A stretch of DNA of 57,759 nucleotides from an uncultured Anaerolineaceae bacterium (GTDB taxonomy: Bacteria > Chloroflexota > Anaerolineae > Anaerolineales > DRMV01), in NCBI GenBank assembly GCA_964450875.1, contig CAYVHG010000103.1, forward strand, positions 1 to 57,759, in the 5' to 3' direction. The position numbers were made by a program, and so were the translations under genes. Positions 17,473 through 26,549 of this stretch are shown here, one piece after another (position 1 is the stretch's first letter; each line of letters opens with the position of its first letter). The notes below the pieces were generated by a model. That model saw only the letters and a program-made list of their open reading frames with translations, searched no databases and was not told the DNA's origin.

Positions 17473-18242
17473 ACGCATTGGCTCTCGAAGTTCGCAATCT
17501 CTCTTTTGGCTACCGCGCGGAAGAGGCGGTGTTGCATGGCATTCATGTTCGCGTGCCTGTCGGAAGCATCACGGCCATTCTGGGCCCCAACGGCGCGGGG
17601 AAGTCGTCGTTGCTGCATGTGTTGCTGGGGCTGCATCGCCCTTGGGAAGGCGAAATCCGCTATTTCGGCAAGCCGTTGGGGGCCTACGACCGCCGCAGCC
17701 TGAGCCGCACGGTGGGGCTGGTGCCCCAGCGCGAGCATGTGCCGTTTGCCTTCCGTGTTGAGGAATATCTGCTGTTGGGGCGTTCCCCCCACTTGGGGCT
17801 GTTGGCGCAGCCCACCGCGGCCGATTTACGGGCGGTAGATGCGGCGCTTGCACGCCTGGGCATTGCCCACCTGCGTCGGCGTGAAGTGGCTTCCCTGAGC
17901 GGGGGGGAGCATCAACTGGTGCTGGTGGCGAGGGCGCTGGTGCAAGGCGCCGCAGTCATGCTGCTCGACGAGCCGACCGCGCACCTCGACCTGGGCAACA
18001 AGCACCACACCTTGGCGCTGTTGCGAGGGTTGGCGGCGGAAGGCCGCACCATCGTGCTGACCACCCACGACCCTCACCTGGCGGCATCGGTGGCCGACCA
18101 AGTGCTGCTCTTGCGGCGCGGCAGGGTGCTGTTTGGCGGCCCGCCGCAGCAAGCCCTGACCGACGAGCGCCTGAGCGACCTCTATGGCGTGCCGGTGCGG
18201 GTCGTGCAGGTGGAAAACCGCCCCTGCGTCCTACCTCAATAG
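17469..18242 (+). CDS. ABC transporter ATP-binding protein (BtuD/FepC-like)
   Basis: Walker A GPNGAGKS, signature LSGGEHQ, Walker B MLLDEPTAHLD. ATGA overlap with the permease stop. Confidence 0.9.
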   Translation: MNALALEVRNLSFGYRAEEAVLHGIHVRVPVGSITAILGPNGAGKSSLLHVLLGLHRPWEGEIRYFGKPLGAYDRRSLSRTVGLVPQREHVPFAFRVEEYLLLGRSPHLGLLAQPTAADLRAVDAALARLGIAHLRRREVASLSGGEHQLVLVARALVQGAAVMLLDEPTAHLDLGNKHHTLALLRGLAAEGRTIVLTTHDPHLAASVADQVLLLRRGRVLFGGPPQQALTDERLSDLYGVPVRVVQVENRPCVLPQ

Positions 18243-18269
18243 CCGTTCATCGGGTACAATAGCGCTGCT

Positions 18270-18863
18270 ATGGAACCCCCTACCGTACATTGGCTTTTGC
18301 ACCATGCCAGGCATTGGCATTATGCCTGGTTTGCGTTGCTGGTTTTCGTGGAAGGCCCGACAAGCACCATCGCGGGGGCTGTGCTGGCTGCCAGCGGGGT
18401 GCTCGACCCGTGGAAGGTGTTCGCGACCGCGGTGGCCAGCAACTTGGCGGCCGATGCGTTCTGGTTCCAGGTGGGGCAATGGCTGCGCACTCGCGGCCAT
18501 TGGATGGAAAAAGTCGAAAAGCGCTACCCCCTGGTGCGCCCGCTGGAGCGCAAACTGCGGGAACGCGCCGTGGCTTTTCTGGTGATCGCCAAATTCACCC
18601 TCAGCAGCGTGCCCGCTTTGATGGCGGCCGGGCTTTCGCAAGTGCCGTGGCGTAAAGTGCTCGGCATTGTGCTGGTGGCCGATAGCGCTTGGATTGCTTT
18701 CCTGACCCTGTTGGGCTATTTGCTTTGGGATAGGGTGGCTTACCTCGCGCTTGGGCTGCGTGTGGCGGTGGTCATCGGCTTTTTGATTTTTGGCTTCATC
18801 GTCGTGCGCTGGGCGCACGGCGCGCTGAACGGCATGTTGCAAGAGGAAGAGCAGGGGGAATAG
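18270..18863 (+). CDS. DedA/SNARE-associated family membrane protein
   Basis: 197 aa. LLVFVEGPTSTIAGAVLAASG and a DedA-like hydrophobic pattern. Confidence 0.6.
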   Translation: MEPPTVHWLLHHARHWHYAWFALLVFVEGPTSTIAGAVLAASGVLDPWKVFATAVASNLAADAFWFQVGQWLRTRGHWMEKVEKRYPLVRPLERKLRERAVAFLVIAKFTLSSVPALMAAGLSQVPWRKVLGIVLVADSAWIAFLTLLGYLLWDRVAYLALGLRVAVVIGFLIFGFIVVRWAHGALNGMLQEEEQGE

Positions 18864-18864
18864 T

Positions 18865-19944
18865 TCAAAGCATCGCCTCGGCGACGCGGCGGGCAATTTG
18901 ACGGTCGATTTTTCCCATCGGGAAGCCGCCCAATGCGGCCGGTGAGACCCAGCGGACGTCTTGTGCTTGCAAAGGCCGCGGTGCAGGCCCTTCGAGACGG
19001 CATACGAAGGCGTGAAGCGTTACTTTGAAGTGGGTGTAAGCGTGGCGATACACGCCGAAGGGGGCTTCGATGGCAATTTCGGTGCCCAGTTCTTCACGGA
19101 TTTCACGCTGTAAGGCGGTTTCCAGCGTTTCGCCGTGTTCGACCTTGCCGCCGGGGAATTCCCACAGACTGCCCAGCAGCCCCTCGGCGGGGCGTTGGGC
19201 GATGAGCACCTGGGCCTCGCGCCGGATGACGGCTGCGACCACGGTGTAGTGCGGTTGGCGCTGGCGGCGGCGCTTGCGGGGGAAGGCTTCGGGGTTGCCG
19301 CTGCGGTGGGCCTGGCAGAACTCGGCCAGCGGGCAGCGGGCGCAGCGGGGGGCGCGCGGGGTGCAAAGGGTGGCGCCCAAATCCATGAGCGCTTGGTTGT
19401 AATCGGCCCCGCGGCCGGGCGGCAGGTGTTGGGCGGCCAAAGCCCAGAGGTCCTTTTCGCCCGCCGCCGTGTCGGCCGGGGCTTCTACCGCAAACACGCG
19501 CGCCAGCACCCGCCTGACGTTCCCATCCAGCACGGGAACGTCGCGCCCGAAGGCCAGCGAGGCTACCGCGTGGGCGGTGTATTTGCCGATGCCGGGCAGT
19601 TGCTGGAGTGCCTTCGGTTCGGCGGGCAGGCGGCCGTCGTAGCGCGTGACGATTTCCCTGGCGGCGCGGTGCAGCGCCCGTGCCCGCCGGTAATAGCCCA
19701 GCCCTTCCCACAATGCCAGCACTTCTTGTTCGTCGGCAGCGGCCAGCGCTTCCACCGTCGGGAACCGCGCCATCCAGCGCTGAAAATAGGGAACGACCGT
19801 CGCCACCTGCGTTTGCTGCAGCATTACCTCGGAGACCCAGATGGCGTAGGGGTCTTTTAGCCCGCGCCAGGGCAGGGCGCGGCCGTGGGCTGCATACCAC
19901 GCCAGCAGGGCGGCAGCAAGGGGCGATGGGGCGGATGGCGGCAT
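18865..19944 (-). CDS. mutY: A/G-specific adenine DNA glycosylase (HhH-GPD, 4Fe-4S loop, NUDIX-like C-terminus)
   Basis: WVSEVMLQQTQV, LPGIGKYTA, the Cys cluster CTPRAPRCARCPLAEFC, and a C-terminal MutT-like domain (WEFPGGKVE). Confidence 0.9.
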   Translation of the reverse strand: MPPSAPSPLAAALLAWYAAHGRALPWRGLKDPYAIWVSEVMLQQTQVATVVPYFQRWMARFPTVEALAAADEQEVLALWEGLGYYRRARALHRAAREIVTRYDGRLPAEPKALQQLPGIGKYTAHAVASLAFGRDVPVLDGNVRRVLARVFAVEAPADTAAGEKDLWALAAQHLPPGRGADYNQALMDLGATLCTPRAPRCARCPLAEFCQAHRSGNPEAFPRKRRRQRQPHYTVVAAVIRREAQVLIAQRPAEGLLGSLWEFPGGKVEHGETLETALQREIREELGTEIAIEAPFGVYRHAYTHFKVTLHAFVCRLEGPAPRPLQAQDVRWVSPAALGGFPMGKIDRQIARRVAEAML

Positions 19945-19948
19945 GGGG

Positions 19949-21466
19949 TCAGGAGGTTTTGGGCGTCGTTTGAGCGCAGTCGGGCGGGGGCGGCGCCTGC
20001 GGGGCGTGGGGGGCTTCCGGTGCGGTGCGCCACCGAGCGCGCACGCTTTCCCCTGCCTTGCGGACGGCTTCCATGATGCGCGGCAGGTCGTCTTCCGTGG
20101 TGCGATAGGAAATGAAGCATGCCCGCAGGGCTTCGGTTTCGCCTAAGTGGGTGCGAGAGAGGAAGGCTTCCCCCTGTTTCTGCAACACCGGCACCAAGGC
20201 GTGGTTGAGGGCGTTCAGGGCGGCCTCGTCGGTCAGGTCGGCCGGGGTGTAACGGAAGGCGGCGATGCCCATCGAGACGGGGGTGACCAGTTGGAAGTCG
20301 GGGGCGGCTTCCAGCAGGGCGCCGAAGCGCGCTGCCAGGCGGTGAAGGCGTTCCCACGTTTGCAAGATGGCCTCGGCGCCGTAGATTTTGAGGGTGAGGT
20401 AGATTTTCAGGGCGCGGAAGTTGCGGGAGAGCTGCGGGCCATAGTCGCGGAACTGGAAGCCTTCCTCGGCGTTGGGCAGGTAGGCCGCCCGCGCGCCGAA
20501 AGTGGCCGGCAGCAGGCCGCGGTGGCGCGTGAAGACGGCCCCTGCCTCGAAGGGCACGAAGAGCGTCTTGTGCGGGTCTACGGTGAACGAGTCGGCTTGG
20601 GCAAGCCCCTGAGCGCAGGCTGCCGCGGTGGAGATGGAAGCCGCCAGCCCCCCGTAAGCCCCATCGACGTGCAGCCAAACGCCCTCTTCGGCGCAGATGG
20701 CCGCGAGGTCGGCGATGGGGTCGCATGCGCCGGTGGCCGTGGTGCCGAGGGTTGCCCCTACCGCCAGCGGGACGATGCCGCGGCGTTTGTCGGCGCGAAT
20801 GGCTGCTTGCAGGGCGTCGGGGCGCATGCGGCGAGCGCCGTCGATGGGAATGCAGCGCACCGCGTCTTTGCCGAGCCCCATCATTTCCACGGCCTTGACC
20901 TGGGAATAATGGGCTTCGGGGCTGAGATAGACCGCTGCCGGCGGCATGGCGCGCAGCCCTTTTTGCCGCACTTCTGGGAAGGCCGCTTGCCGTGCCAGCA
21001 GCATGCCCACGAAGTTTGCCATCGAGCCGCCGGAGGTGAGGATGCCTTCGGCGTCGGGGGCGTAGCCGCTGAGGGCGAGCAGCCAGCGCAGCACCAGCCG
21101 CTCGGTTTCGGTGGCAGCGGGGGCGCCTTGCCATACGGCGACCGATTGGTTGAGCGCCGCAGCCAGGGCTTCGGCGAAGACCGCCCCGGCCAGCGGCGAC
21201 GTCCGCATCCACGCCAGAAAGCGGGGGTGGCCTACCCGTACCGACGGGGCGACGATTTTGCGCCGGAAGTCTTCGAGGGCGGTTTCCACGCCTTGCGCGG
21301 CGCGAGGCAGCGGCTCGTCGAGCTGCGCCTGCAGGCGGGCTGGGGTGGCCGTGGGATCGGCTATCGGCTGCTCGCTCAACGTGGCAAGGTAGTCGGCCAC
21401 GAAATCGGCGACCCAGCGCCCCAGCTCGCGTATGGCCTCGGGGGGAAGTTCGGGAGAAACGGTCAT
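19949..21466 (-). CDS. group II pyridoxal-dependent (aromatic-L-amino-acid/glutamate-type) decarboxylase
   Basis: 505 aa. TSGGSMANFVG, HVDGAYGG and DPHKTLFVP (PLP lysine). The ATG lies 6 nt after a minus-strand TACAAT, giving a leaderless layout. Confidence 0.8.
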   Translation of the reverse strand: MTVSPELPPEAIRELGRWVADFVADYLATLSEQPIADPTATPARLQAQLDEPLPRAAQGVETALEDFRRKIVAPSVRVGHPRFLAWMRTSPLAGAVFAEALAAALNQSVAVWQGAPAATETERLVLRWLLALSGYAPDAEGILTSGGSMANFVGMLLARQAAFPEVRQKGLRAMPPAAVYLSPEAHYSQVKAVEMMGLGKDAVRCIPIDGARRMRPDALQAAIRADKRRGIVPLAVGATLGTTATGACDPIADLAAICAEEGVWLHVDGAYGGLAASISTAAACAQGLAQADSFTVDPHKTLFVPFEAGAVFTRHRGLLPATFGARAAYLPNAEEGFQFRDYGPQLSRNFRALKIYLTLKIYGAEAILQTWERLHRLAARFGALLEAAPDFQLVTPVSMGIAAFRYTPADLTDEAALNALNHALVPVLQKQGEAFLSRTHLGETEALRACFISYRTTEDDLPRIMEAVRKAGESVRARWRTAPEAPHAPQAPPPPDCAQTTPKTS

Positions 21467-21646
21467 GGGCGTATTGTACTACTGAAAGATCGGCGGCGGT
21501 CAATCTGATAAAATTCTAAGGGCTGCCAGAATGATGCCAAAATGCGCGGATTTTTGCTCTAATTTTTGTCCTTTGGTAGTATACTAACCCGACCGATGAA
21601 ACCGTTGTTGGTCATCGCGTGTCATATCTATAAGGGAGGCCATTGC

Positions 21647-22549
21647 ATGATGGGCCGGCCAAAACGCTGGTTGTTGTGGATTTTGGTCATAGGGATTGTC
21701 AGTGCTGTCGTTGCAGGGTGTGCGCCGCCTGTGGCCGGTGAGGCGAACAACGTTGCTCCAGCGCCTTTCTTGACTGCTTGGCGTGCTTGTGGGGGGGCAA
21801 GCGGTGCGGGGGAGTGGCTCGCGGGCCCGTTTTGGTTCCAGGGCAACTTGGTGGGTGTCGCGAGGAATATGATTTTCGTGTGGCGTGCCGATGCACCGCA
21901 AGGCGGTGCGCGCCCTTTTCAGGTTCACCCCTCGCAGCCACCGGTAGCTGAGCAGCGGCAAGGTTTTGTGTATAAGAATGGGCATAATGTGGTGCCTGAA
22001 ATTGCGACGTGGATCCGCAATCACGGCGGGTGGCGGTGCGCAGGCCTTCCGATGAGCGAACCTTTTGACGGCGGTGGCCAGACCTGTCAGGTGTTCGCCA
22101 ACATGCTAATTTGCCGTGATGCGGATGCGCGCAGGGTGCGCCCTCAGCCCATCGGGCGTCAGTTCTTGCGGGCGAAGGGCGAAGCGTTGAAAACCGGCTT
22201 GCCCTCCATTACCTTGCCGGGGTGGCAGGCGCAGATTACCGCGGCGCTGCAGTCCAACGATCGGCAATTGCAAATTCAGGCCCGCGTTGCGAGCAGTAAC
22301 GGCGCTCCGTGCGAAGCGCTGGCCGTGCAAATCGACGACGTGCACGGCGACCGCACGACGCCCATTTACTACAACTTGATCGCTGGGCAAACACTGCCGC
22401 ATGGGGTGTGGGAGGCTACCGTCTCGCTGCCTAAGCTGGCGCCCGGCAAGCATACCTTGGTGACCAAAGTGTGCGCGGTGGGGCCGCAGGGGTGGTTGGC
22501 CTGCGCTGCCGACAGTGTCTTGCTGAAAGTGCCTGAGCCTCAGAAGTAA
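21647..22549 (+). CDS. hypothetical secreted lipoprotein with two degenerate LGFP-like repeats
   Basis: MMGRPKRWLLWILVIGIVSAVVAGC lipobox, AAGGGAGG SD upstream. The repeats follow the pattern W..CGG.....LAGP...........VW / W..HGGW.CAGLPMSEPF..GGQTCQVF. The C-terminal half is beta-rich. Confidence 0.6.
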   Translation: MMGRPKRWLLWILVIGIVSAVVAGCAPPVAGEANNVAPAPFLTAWRACGGASGAGEWLAGPFWFQGNLVGVARNMIFVWRADAPQGGARPFQVHPSQPPVAEQRQGFVYKNGHNVVPEIATWIRNHGGWRCAGLPMSEPFDGGGQTCQVFANMLICRDADARRVRPQPIGRQFLRAKGEALKTGLPSITLPGWQAQITAALQSNDRQLQIQARVASSNGAPCEALAVQIDDVHGDRTTPIYYNLIAGQTLPHGVWEATVSLPKLAPGKHTLVTKVCAVGPQGWLACAADSVLLKVPEPQK

Positions 22550-22606
22550 GGAGCCTTGCTGGGATGGACGCAAGCGCCGGGGCAGGAAGTGCTCCGGCGC
22601 TGAGGT

Positions 22607-23593
22607 TCAAGGGGCAGGCGTTGGTGGAAGGGCGTGGGCTTCGGCGTGCACCGCAACGCGGGTGATTGGCGGCCCAATGCTGTAAACTGTGAGAGTGAAA
22701 GGTTGTGGTTTGCCCGCGGGGGGGGGCAGTGGGGCTTCCCAGCGGCGCACCCCCACAGGATGCCCCTGGGCGTCGTAGGCCGTTGCAACGACCCAAAGGG
22801 CTTGCACGGCCGCGGCTTGTTTCAGCGCCACCTGGCCTTTGACCTGCGCCGAGCGGCCATCAGCGCCGATTTGGGTGCGCAGGTTTTGCACTTTCAGTGG
22901 GGGGTAACGTTGCGTTTGGGTTTTGGCGGGCACGGCCAATGCCCGCAAGAGGCGCACCGCCGCGCGCGGCTGTGGGGGGGCTTCCGCAAAGCGCGCCACC
23001 AGCACGGTGCTGCCGCCTTTGGGGAGCAGGTTGAGCAAGGCTTCGGCTGTTACCGCTTGGCCGGTGGGCAGTGTCACCCACGCGGCAACGGCTTCCACGG
23101 CCTGCGGGCCTGGGTTGCGCACTTCCACCAGGCAAACCGCCCCGCCGTCGGCAGCGGGTTCGCAAAAAGGCGCACCGACGACCAGCGGCAACGGGGTGGG
23201 GGTGGGCAGCCCGGCAGGGTTTTCGGCGTTTACGGGGATGATGAGGCGCGTGCCTACTGCCATCGCCTGAGGGTTCACCCCGGGGTTGGCTTCTTCGAGG
23301 GCTTGCAGCGAAACGCCGAACCGCAGGGCAATGCCCAGCAGCGTATCGCCTTTGGCCACGGTGTAGACCCACGGGGTGGGGCTGGGGCGGCTCGCCGTGG
23401 GTAGGGTGGGGGAAGGCAACGGCGTGGGCGTGGCGGCCGCGGTGGGGGTGGCGTAGGGCGTGAGGGTCCACGCGGGGGTGAGTGTGGCCTTGGGGGGCGT
23501 GGCGGCAGCCGAAGGGGGCGCGGCGTTCCCGCAGGCGGCCAGCATGAGGGCGGCCAGCATGAGGCCGCAGAAGGCAAGCAGATGTCGACGCAT
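22607..23593 (-). CDS. LysM-domain lipoprotein
   Basis: Signal peptide/lipobox LMLAAC. A Pro/Thr/Ala linker is followed by LysM (YTVAKGDTLLGIALRFGVSLQALEEANPGV...GTRLIIP). Confidence 0.8.
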   Translation of the reverse strand: MRRHLLAFCGLMLAALMLAACGNAAPPSAAATPPKATLTPAWTLTPYATPTAAATPTPLPSPTLPTASRPSPTPWVYTVAKGDTLLGIALRFGVSLQALEEANPGVNPQAMAVGTRLIIPVNAENPAGLPTPTPLPLVVGAPFCEPAADGGAVCLVEVRNPGPQAVEAVAAWVTLPTGQAVTAEALLNLLPKGGSTVLVARFAEAPPQPRAAVRLLRALAVPAKTQTQRYPPLKVQNLRTQIGADGRSAQVKGQVALKQAAAVQALWVVATAYDAQGHPVGVRRWEAPLPPPAGKPQPFTLTVYSIGPPITRVAVHAEAHALPPTPAP

Positions 23594-23668
23594 GTCCCCA
23601 TTATACCGTCGTCGCGTGGCGCTTGCCCTCCCGTGCGCCCTATGCTAAACTCAAGGGTGGAGGAGCCT

Positions 23669-25444
23669 ATGAGCCACGAGGTGAGCAGCCAAGACGCTGC
23701 ATTGCAGGAAGCCATCCAGGCCATCGAGCGGGGCGAAACGGCCAAAGCGCAGGAAATTCTTCGGCGGCTGTTGCGCGCCGCGCCCAACAATGCGGTTTAC
23801 TGGGTGTGGTTGAGCGCCGCGGTGGATTCCGTAAAAGAGCGGCGCTTCTGCCTGCAAAAAGCCTATGCCGCCGACCCCACCTACGAACCGGCGCGGCGGG
23901 GGCTGATTTTGCTCGGCGAGATGCCCCCCGAAGGCGAGGTCACGCCGATGCGGGTGCCGCACCCCCGTGCCTGGGAAGCCGAATACCGTCCCTCGGTGCC
24001 GGAACCGACGGAGAAAAGCGGCCCAGCTTTGCCGCGGCGGGTGGTGGCGGGCGCGGTAGCGTTGCTCGTGTTGATGGCGCTTTCCTGGGGGGCCTGGGGG
24101 GCATGGCAGCACTTCCGGCCGGTGCACCTCGCGACCCCGCAACTGTTGATTTACACGACCCAAACGGCGACGCCACCCCCTACCGAAACGCCTACGCCCA
24201 TCAACCCCTTGACGCTGGGCAAACCGACGCCGCTGGCTTTGCTGTTGCCAGCTACCTACACCCCTACGCCTTTGGCCGTCAGCACGCCGCATTTGGTGGA
24301 AGCCTATCGGCTGGGAATGCGCGCCATGCAGGAAGGCCGCTGGCAAGATGCCTTGCGTTACTTCCGCCAAACGGCCGATGCCGAGGGGCAGCATAAGGCA
24401 GACCTTTATTTCTACATCGGCGAAGTCTATCGCCATCAGAAGCAGTGGGACGAAGCCGCGTCGGCTTATCAAGAGGCGCTGAAATTGCAGGCGCACTTTG
24501 CGCCGGCGGAAACCGGCTTGGCGCAGGTGCTCTTGGCCCAAGGGAAGGCCGACGAAGCGGCTCAATGGGCGGCCCGAGCCGCTAAAGACGACCCCCACTA
24601 TGGCCTGACTTACCTCGTGCAGGCCGAAATTGCCTTGCAGCAAGAGCAGCCTGCCGACGCGTTGGCCGCTTTGAAAGAGGCCGAAGCGCGTTTGCCCGCT
24701 TCGCCGCTGGTGCCGCTTTACCGTGCCGAGGCCGATTTGATGTTGCACGAGCCCCGAAAGGCTTATGCCGAGGCCAAGCAAGCCCACGACCTCGATATTA
24801 CCTTGCTGCCAGCCTACAAAGTGCTGGGCGAAGCCGCCCTTGACCTCGGAAAGTTGGACGAAGCCGTGCTCTATTTCCGCACCTATCTCACCTATGCGCC
24901 GGGAGATGCAGCGGTGTATCGGGCGCTGGCCGAGGCTTACTTGCAGCAGGGGAACACCGAGGGTGCTTTGGCCGCGGCCAAGAAGGTCGTAGCCGCCGCA
25001 CCCTACGATGCCGATGCCCTGCAATTGCTGGCGAAGGTTTACCTGGCCCGTGATGAGGGCGACCAGGCCGTCCAGACGTTGGAAACCGCCGTGCGGGTTC
25101 ACCCCAATGACTTCGACTTGCGCATGGCGCTGGTCGAAGCCCAGCTGGCCGCCGGGCACGCGGGCGATGCCTTCCACCAGCTGCAAGACGCTCAGCCGCT
25201 GTTGAAGAAGCAACAGCAGTGGTACACTTTCTATTACTGGCGGGCGAAAGTGCTCACGGCTTTGGATGTCACCGACGCAGCCATCGAAGACTGGAAGCGG
25301 GTGGCGAACGCCCCCGAGGGTATGGTGCCCAAAGCCTGGCAAGAGGAAGCCCAGCAGGCCCTCGACCGCTTGTTGACCCCTACGCCAACCCCCTCGCCGC
25401 CCACCACCCCAACATCCACACTTACTCCTACCCCTGCGCCGTAA
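23669..25444 (+). CDS. TPR-repeat protein with one TM segment and a Pro/Thr-rich tail
   Basis: The start MSHEVSS lies after GGTGGAGGAG. One hydrophobic helix (VVAGAVALLVLMALSWGAWGAW) is followed by several 34-aa A/Y/L-patterned TPR units. Confidence 0.7.
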   Translation: MSHEVSSQDAALQEAIQAIERGETAKAQEILRRLLRAAPNNAVYWVWLSAAVDSVKERRFCLQKAYAADPTYEPARRGLILLGEMPPEGEVTPMRVPHPRAWEAEYRPSVPEPTEKSGPALPRRVVAGAVALLVLMALSWGAWGAWQHFRPVHLATPQLLIYTTQTATPPPTETPTPINPLTLGKPTPLALLLPATYTPTPLAVSTPHLVEAYRLGMRAMQEGRWQDALRYFRQTADAEGQHKADLYFYIGEVYRHQKQWDEAASAYQEALKLQAHFAPAETGLAQVLLAQGKADEAAQWAARAAKDDPHYGLTYLVQAEIALQQEQPADALAALKEAEARLPASPLVPLYRAEADLMLHEPRKAYAEAKQAHDLDITLLPAYKVLGEAALDLGKLDEAVLYFRTYLTYAPGDAAVYRALAEAYLQQGNTEGALAAAKKVVAAAPYDADALQLLAKVYLARDEGDQAVQTLETAVRVHPNDFDLRMALVEAQLAAGHAGDAFHQLQDAQPLLKKQQQWYTFYYWRAKVLTALDVTDAAIEDWKRVANAPEGMVPKAWQEEAQQALDRLLTPTPTPSPPTTPTSTLTPTPAP

Positions 25445-25456
25445 GGAGGTTGGCTC

Positions 25457-26473
25457 GTGGAAGCCCCATTTCAGCCGGTGCATCCTCAAAAGGGGCCTTT
25501 CCTGCGCACGATTGCGTCGGGCGAGCGCTTCATCGGCTTCTATGTCGTGCGTCGCAAGCAATTGGAGCCTTTCCGTGACCCCAGCCGCGGGCATTACCTC
25601 ACCTTGATTTTGGGTGACCGCAGCGGCCAGCGGGTGGCGCGCGTGTGGGAGGATGCCGAGGCCCTGGCCGCGGAAATCGACGTCGGCGACGTGGTCAAAA
25701 TTCAGGGCGAGATGGAAACCTACATGGACCGCTTGCAGATTCGGGTGTTGCGCATTCGTAAGGCGGCCGAGGAGGAATTCGACTGGCGCGACATGTTGCC
25801 CGCTTCGCCGCGCGACCCCGAGGCCATGCTGGAAAGCGTCCTCGCTGCCGTGGAGCGTATCGAGAACCCTCACCTGCGTGCCCTGGTGAAGTATTTCTAC
25901 GCCGACGAGGCGTTCCTGGAGGCGTTGCAGTGGGTGCCCGCCGGTCGCAAGGTGCATCATGCTTACCTGAGCGGCTTGTTGGAGCATTTGGTGGAAATGC
26001 TCGCGCTGGCCGACCGAGTGCTGGAAATTTACCCCCAGATCGACGCCGACTTGTTGCGCGCCGGCATTTTGCTGCACGATATCGGCAAAGTGCGGGAGCT
26101 GCGCTGGGGGCTGGATGTGGATTACACCGATGAAGGCCGTTTGTTGGGGCACATTGTGCTGGGCGACGAAATGGTGGCCGCGGCCATCGAATCCTTGCCC
26201 GATTTCCCGCCTGCGCTGGCGCTGCGTTTGCGCCACATGCTGCTGGCTCACCACAACCGCTACGAATGGGGTTCCCCTCGCCGCCCGCAAACCTTGGAAG
26301 CCATTGCACTGGCCAAAATCGACGATTTGAGCGCCCAGGTCAACCGCTTTTGGTTGCTGCTGCAACAGCGGGAAGCCGGCACGGCCTGGACGCCTTATGA
26401 CCGCCTCTTGGAACGCCGTCTCTATGCGGGGGAAAGCGACCTGAGCGTGGAAGAAGAGAGCCAGCAGGAGTAG
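25457..26473 (+). CDS. OB-fold plus HD-domain 3'-5' exoribonuclease, YhaM-like
   Basis: N-terminal OB fold (YLTLILGDRSGQRVARVWEDA...VVKIQGEMETY) and an HD domain (HHAYLSGLLEH...ILLHDIGK). GTG start. Confidence 0.7.
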   Translation: MEAPFQPVHPQKGPFLRTIASGERFIGFYVVRRKQLEPFRDPSRGHYLTLILGDRSGQRVARVWEDAEALAAEIDVGDVVKIQGEMETYMDRLQIRVLRIRKAAEEEFDWRDMLPASPRDPEAMLESVLAAVERIENPHLRALVKYFYADEAFLEALQWVPAGRKVHHAYLSGLLEHLVEMLALADRVLEIYPQIDADLLRAGILLHDIGKVRELRWGLDVDYTDEGRLLGHIVLGDEMVAAAIESLPDFPPALALRLRHMLLAHHNRYEWGSPRRPQTLEAIALAKIDDLSAQVNRFWLLLQQREAGTAWTPYDRLLERRLYAGESDLSVEEESQQE

Positions 26474-26492
26474 GTTTTTCCCCTTAAAATCA

Positions 26493-26522
26493 CCATCGCC
26501 CGCCTCGGAAGGCGAGCGATGG
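26493..26522 (-). terminator. terminator hairpin after the S1-domain gene
   Basis: 12-bp stem with one mismatch (CCATCGCCCGCC/GGCGAGCGATGG) and loop TCGGAA. On the minus strand it is followed by TGATTTTAAGG. Confidence 0.5.
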
Positions 26523-26549
26523 AAAACGAGCGTTGCCACGCGCCGCGGC

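Noticed and set aside
18861-18867. DedA and mutY converge with a single nucleotide between their stop codons and no terminator.
   Set aside because: The arrangement is real but unremarkable in a compact genome. No additional structure was seen.
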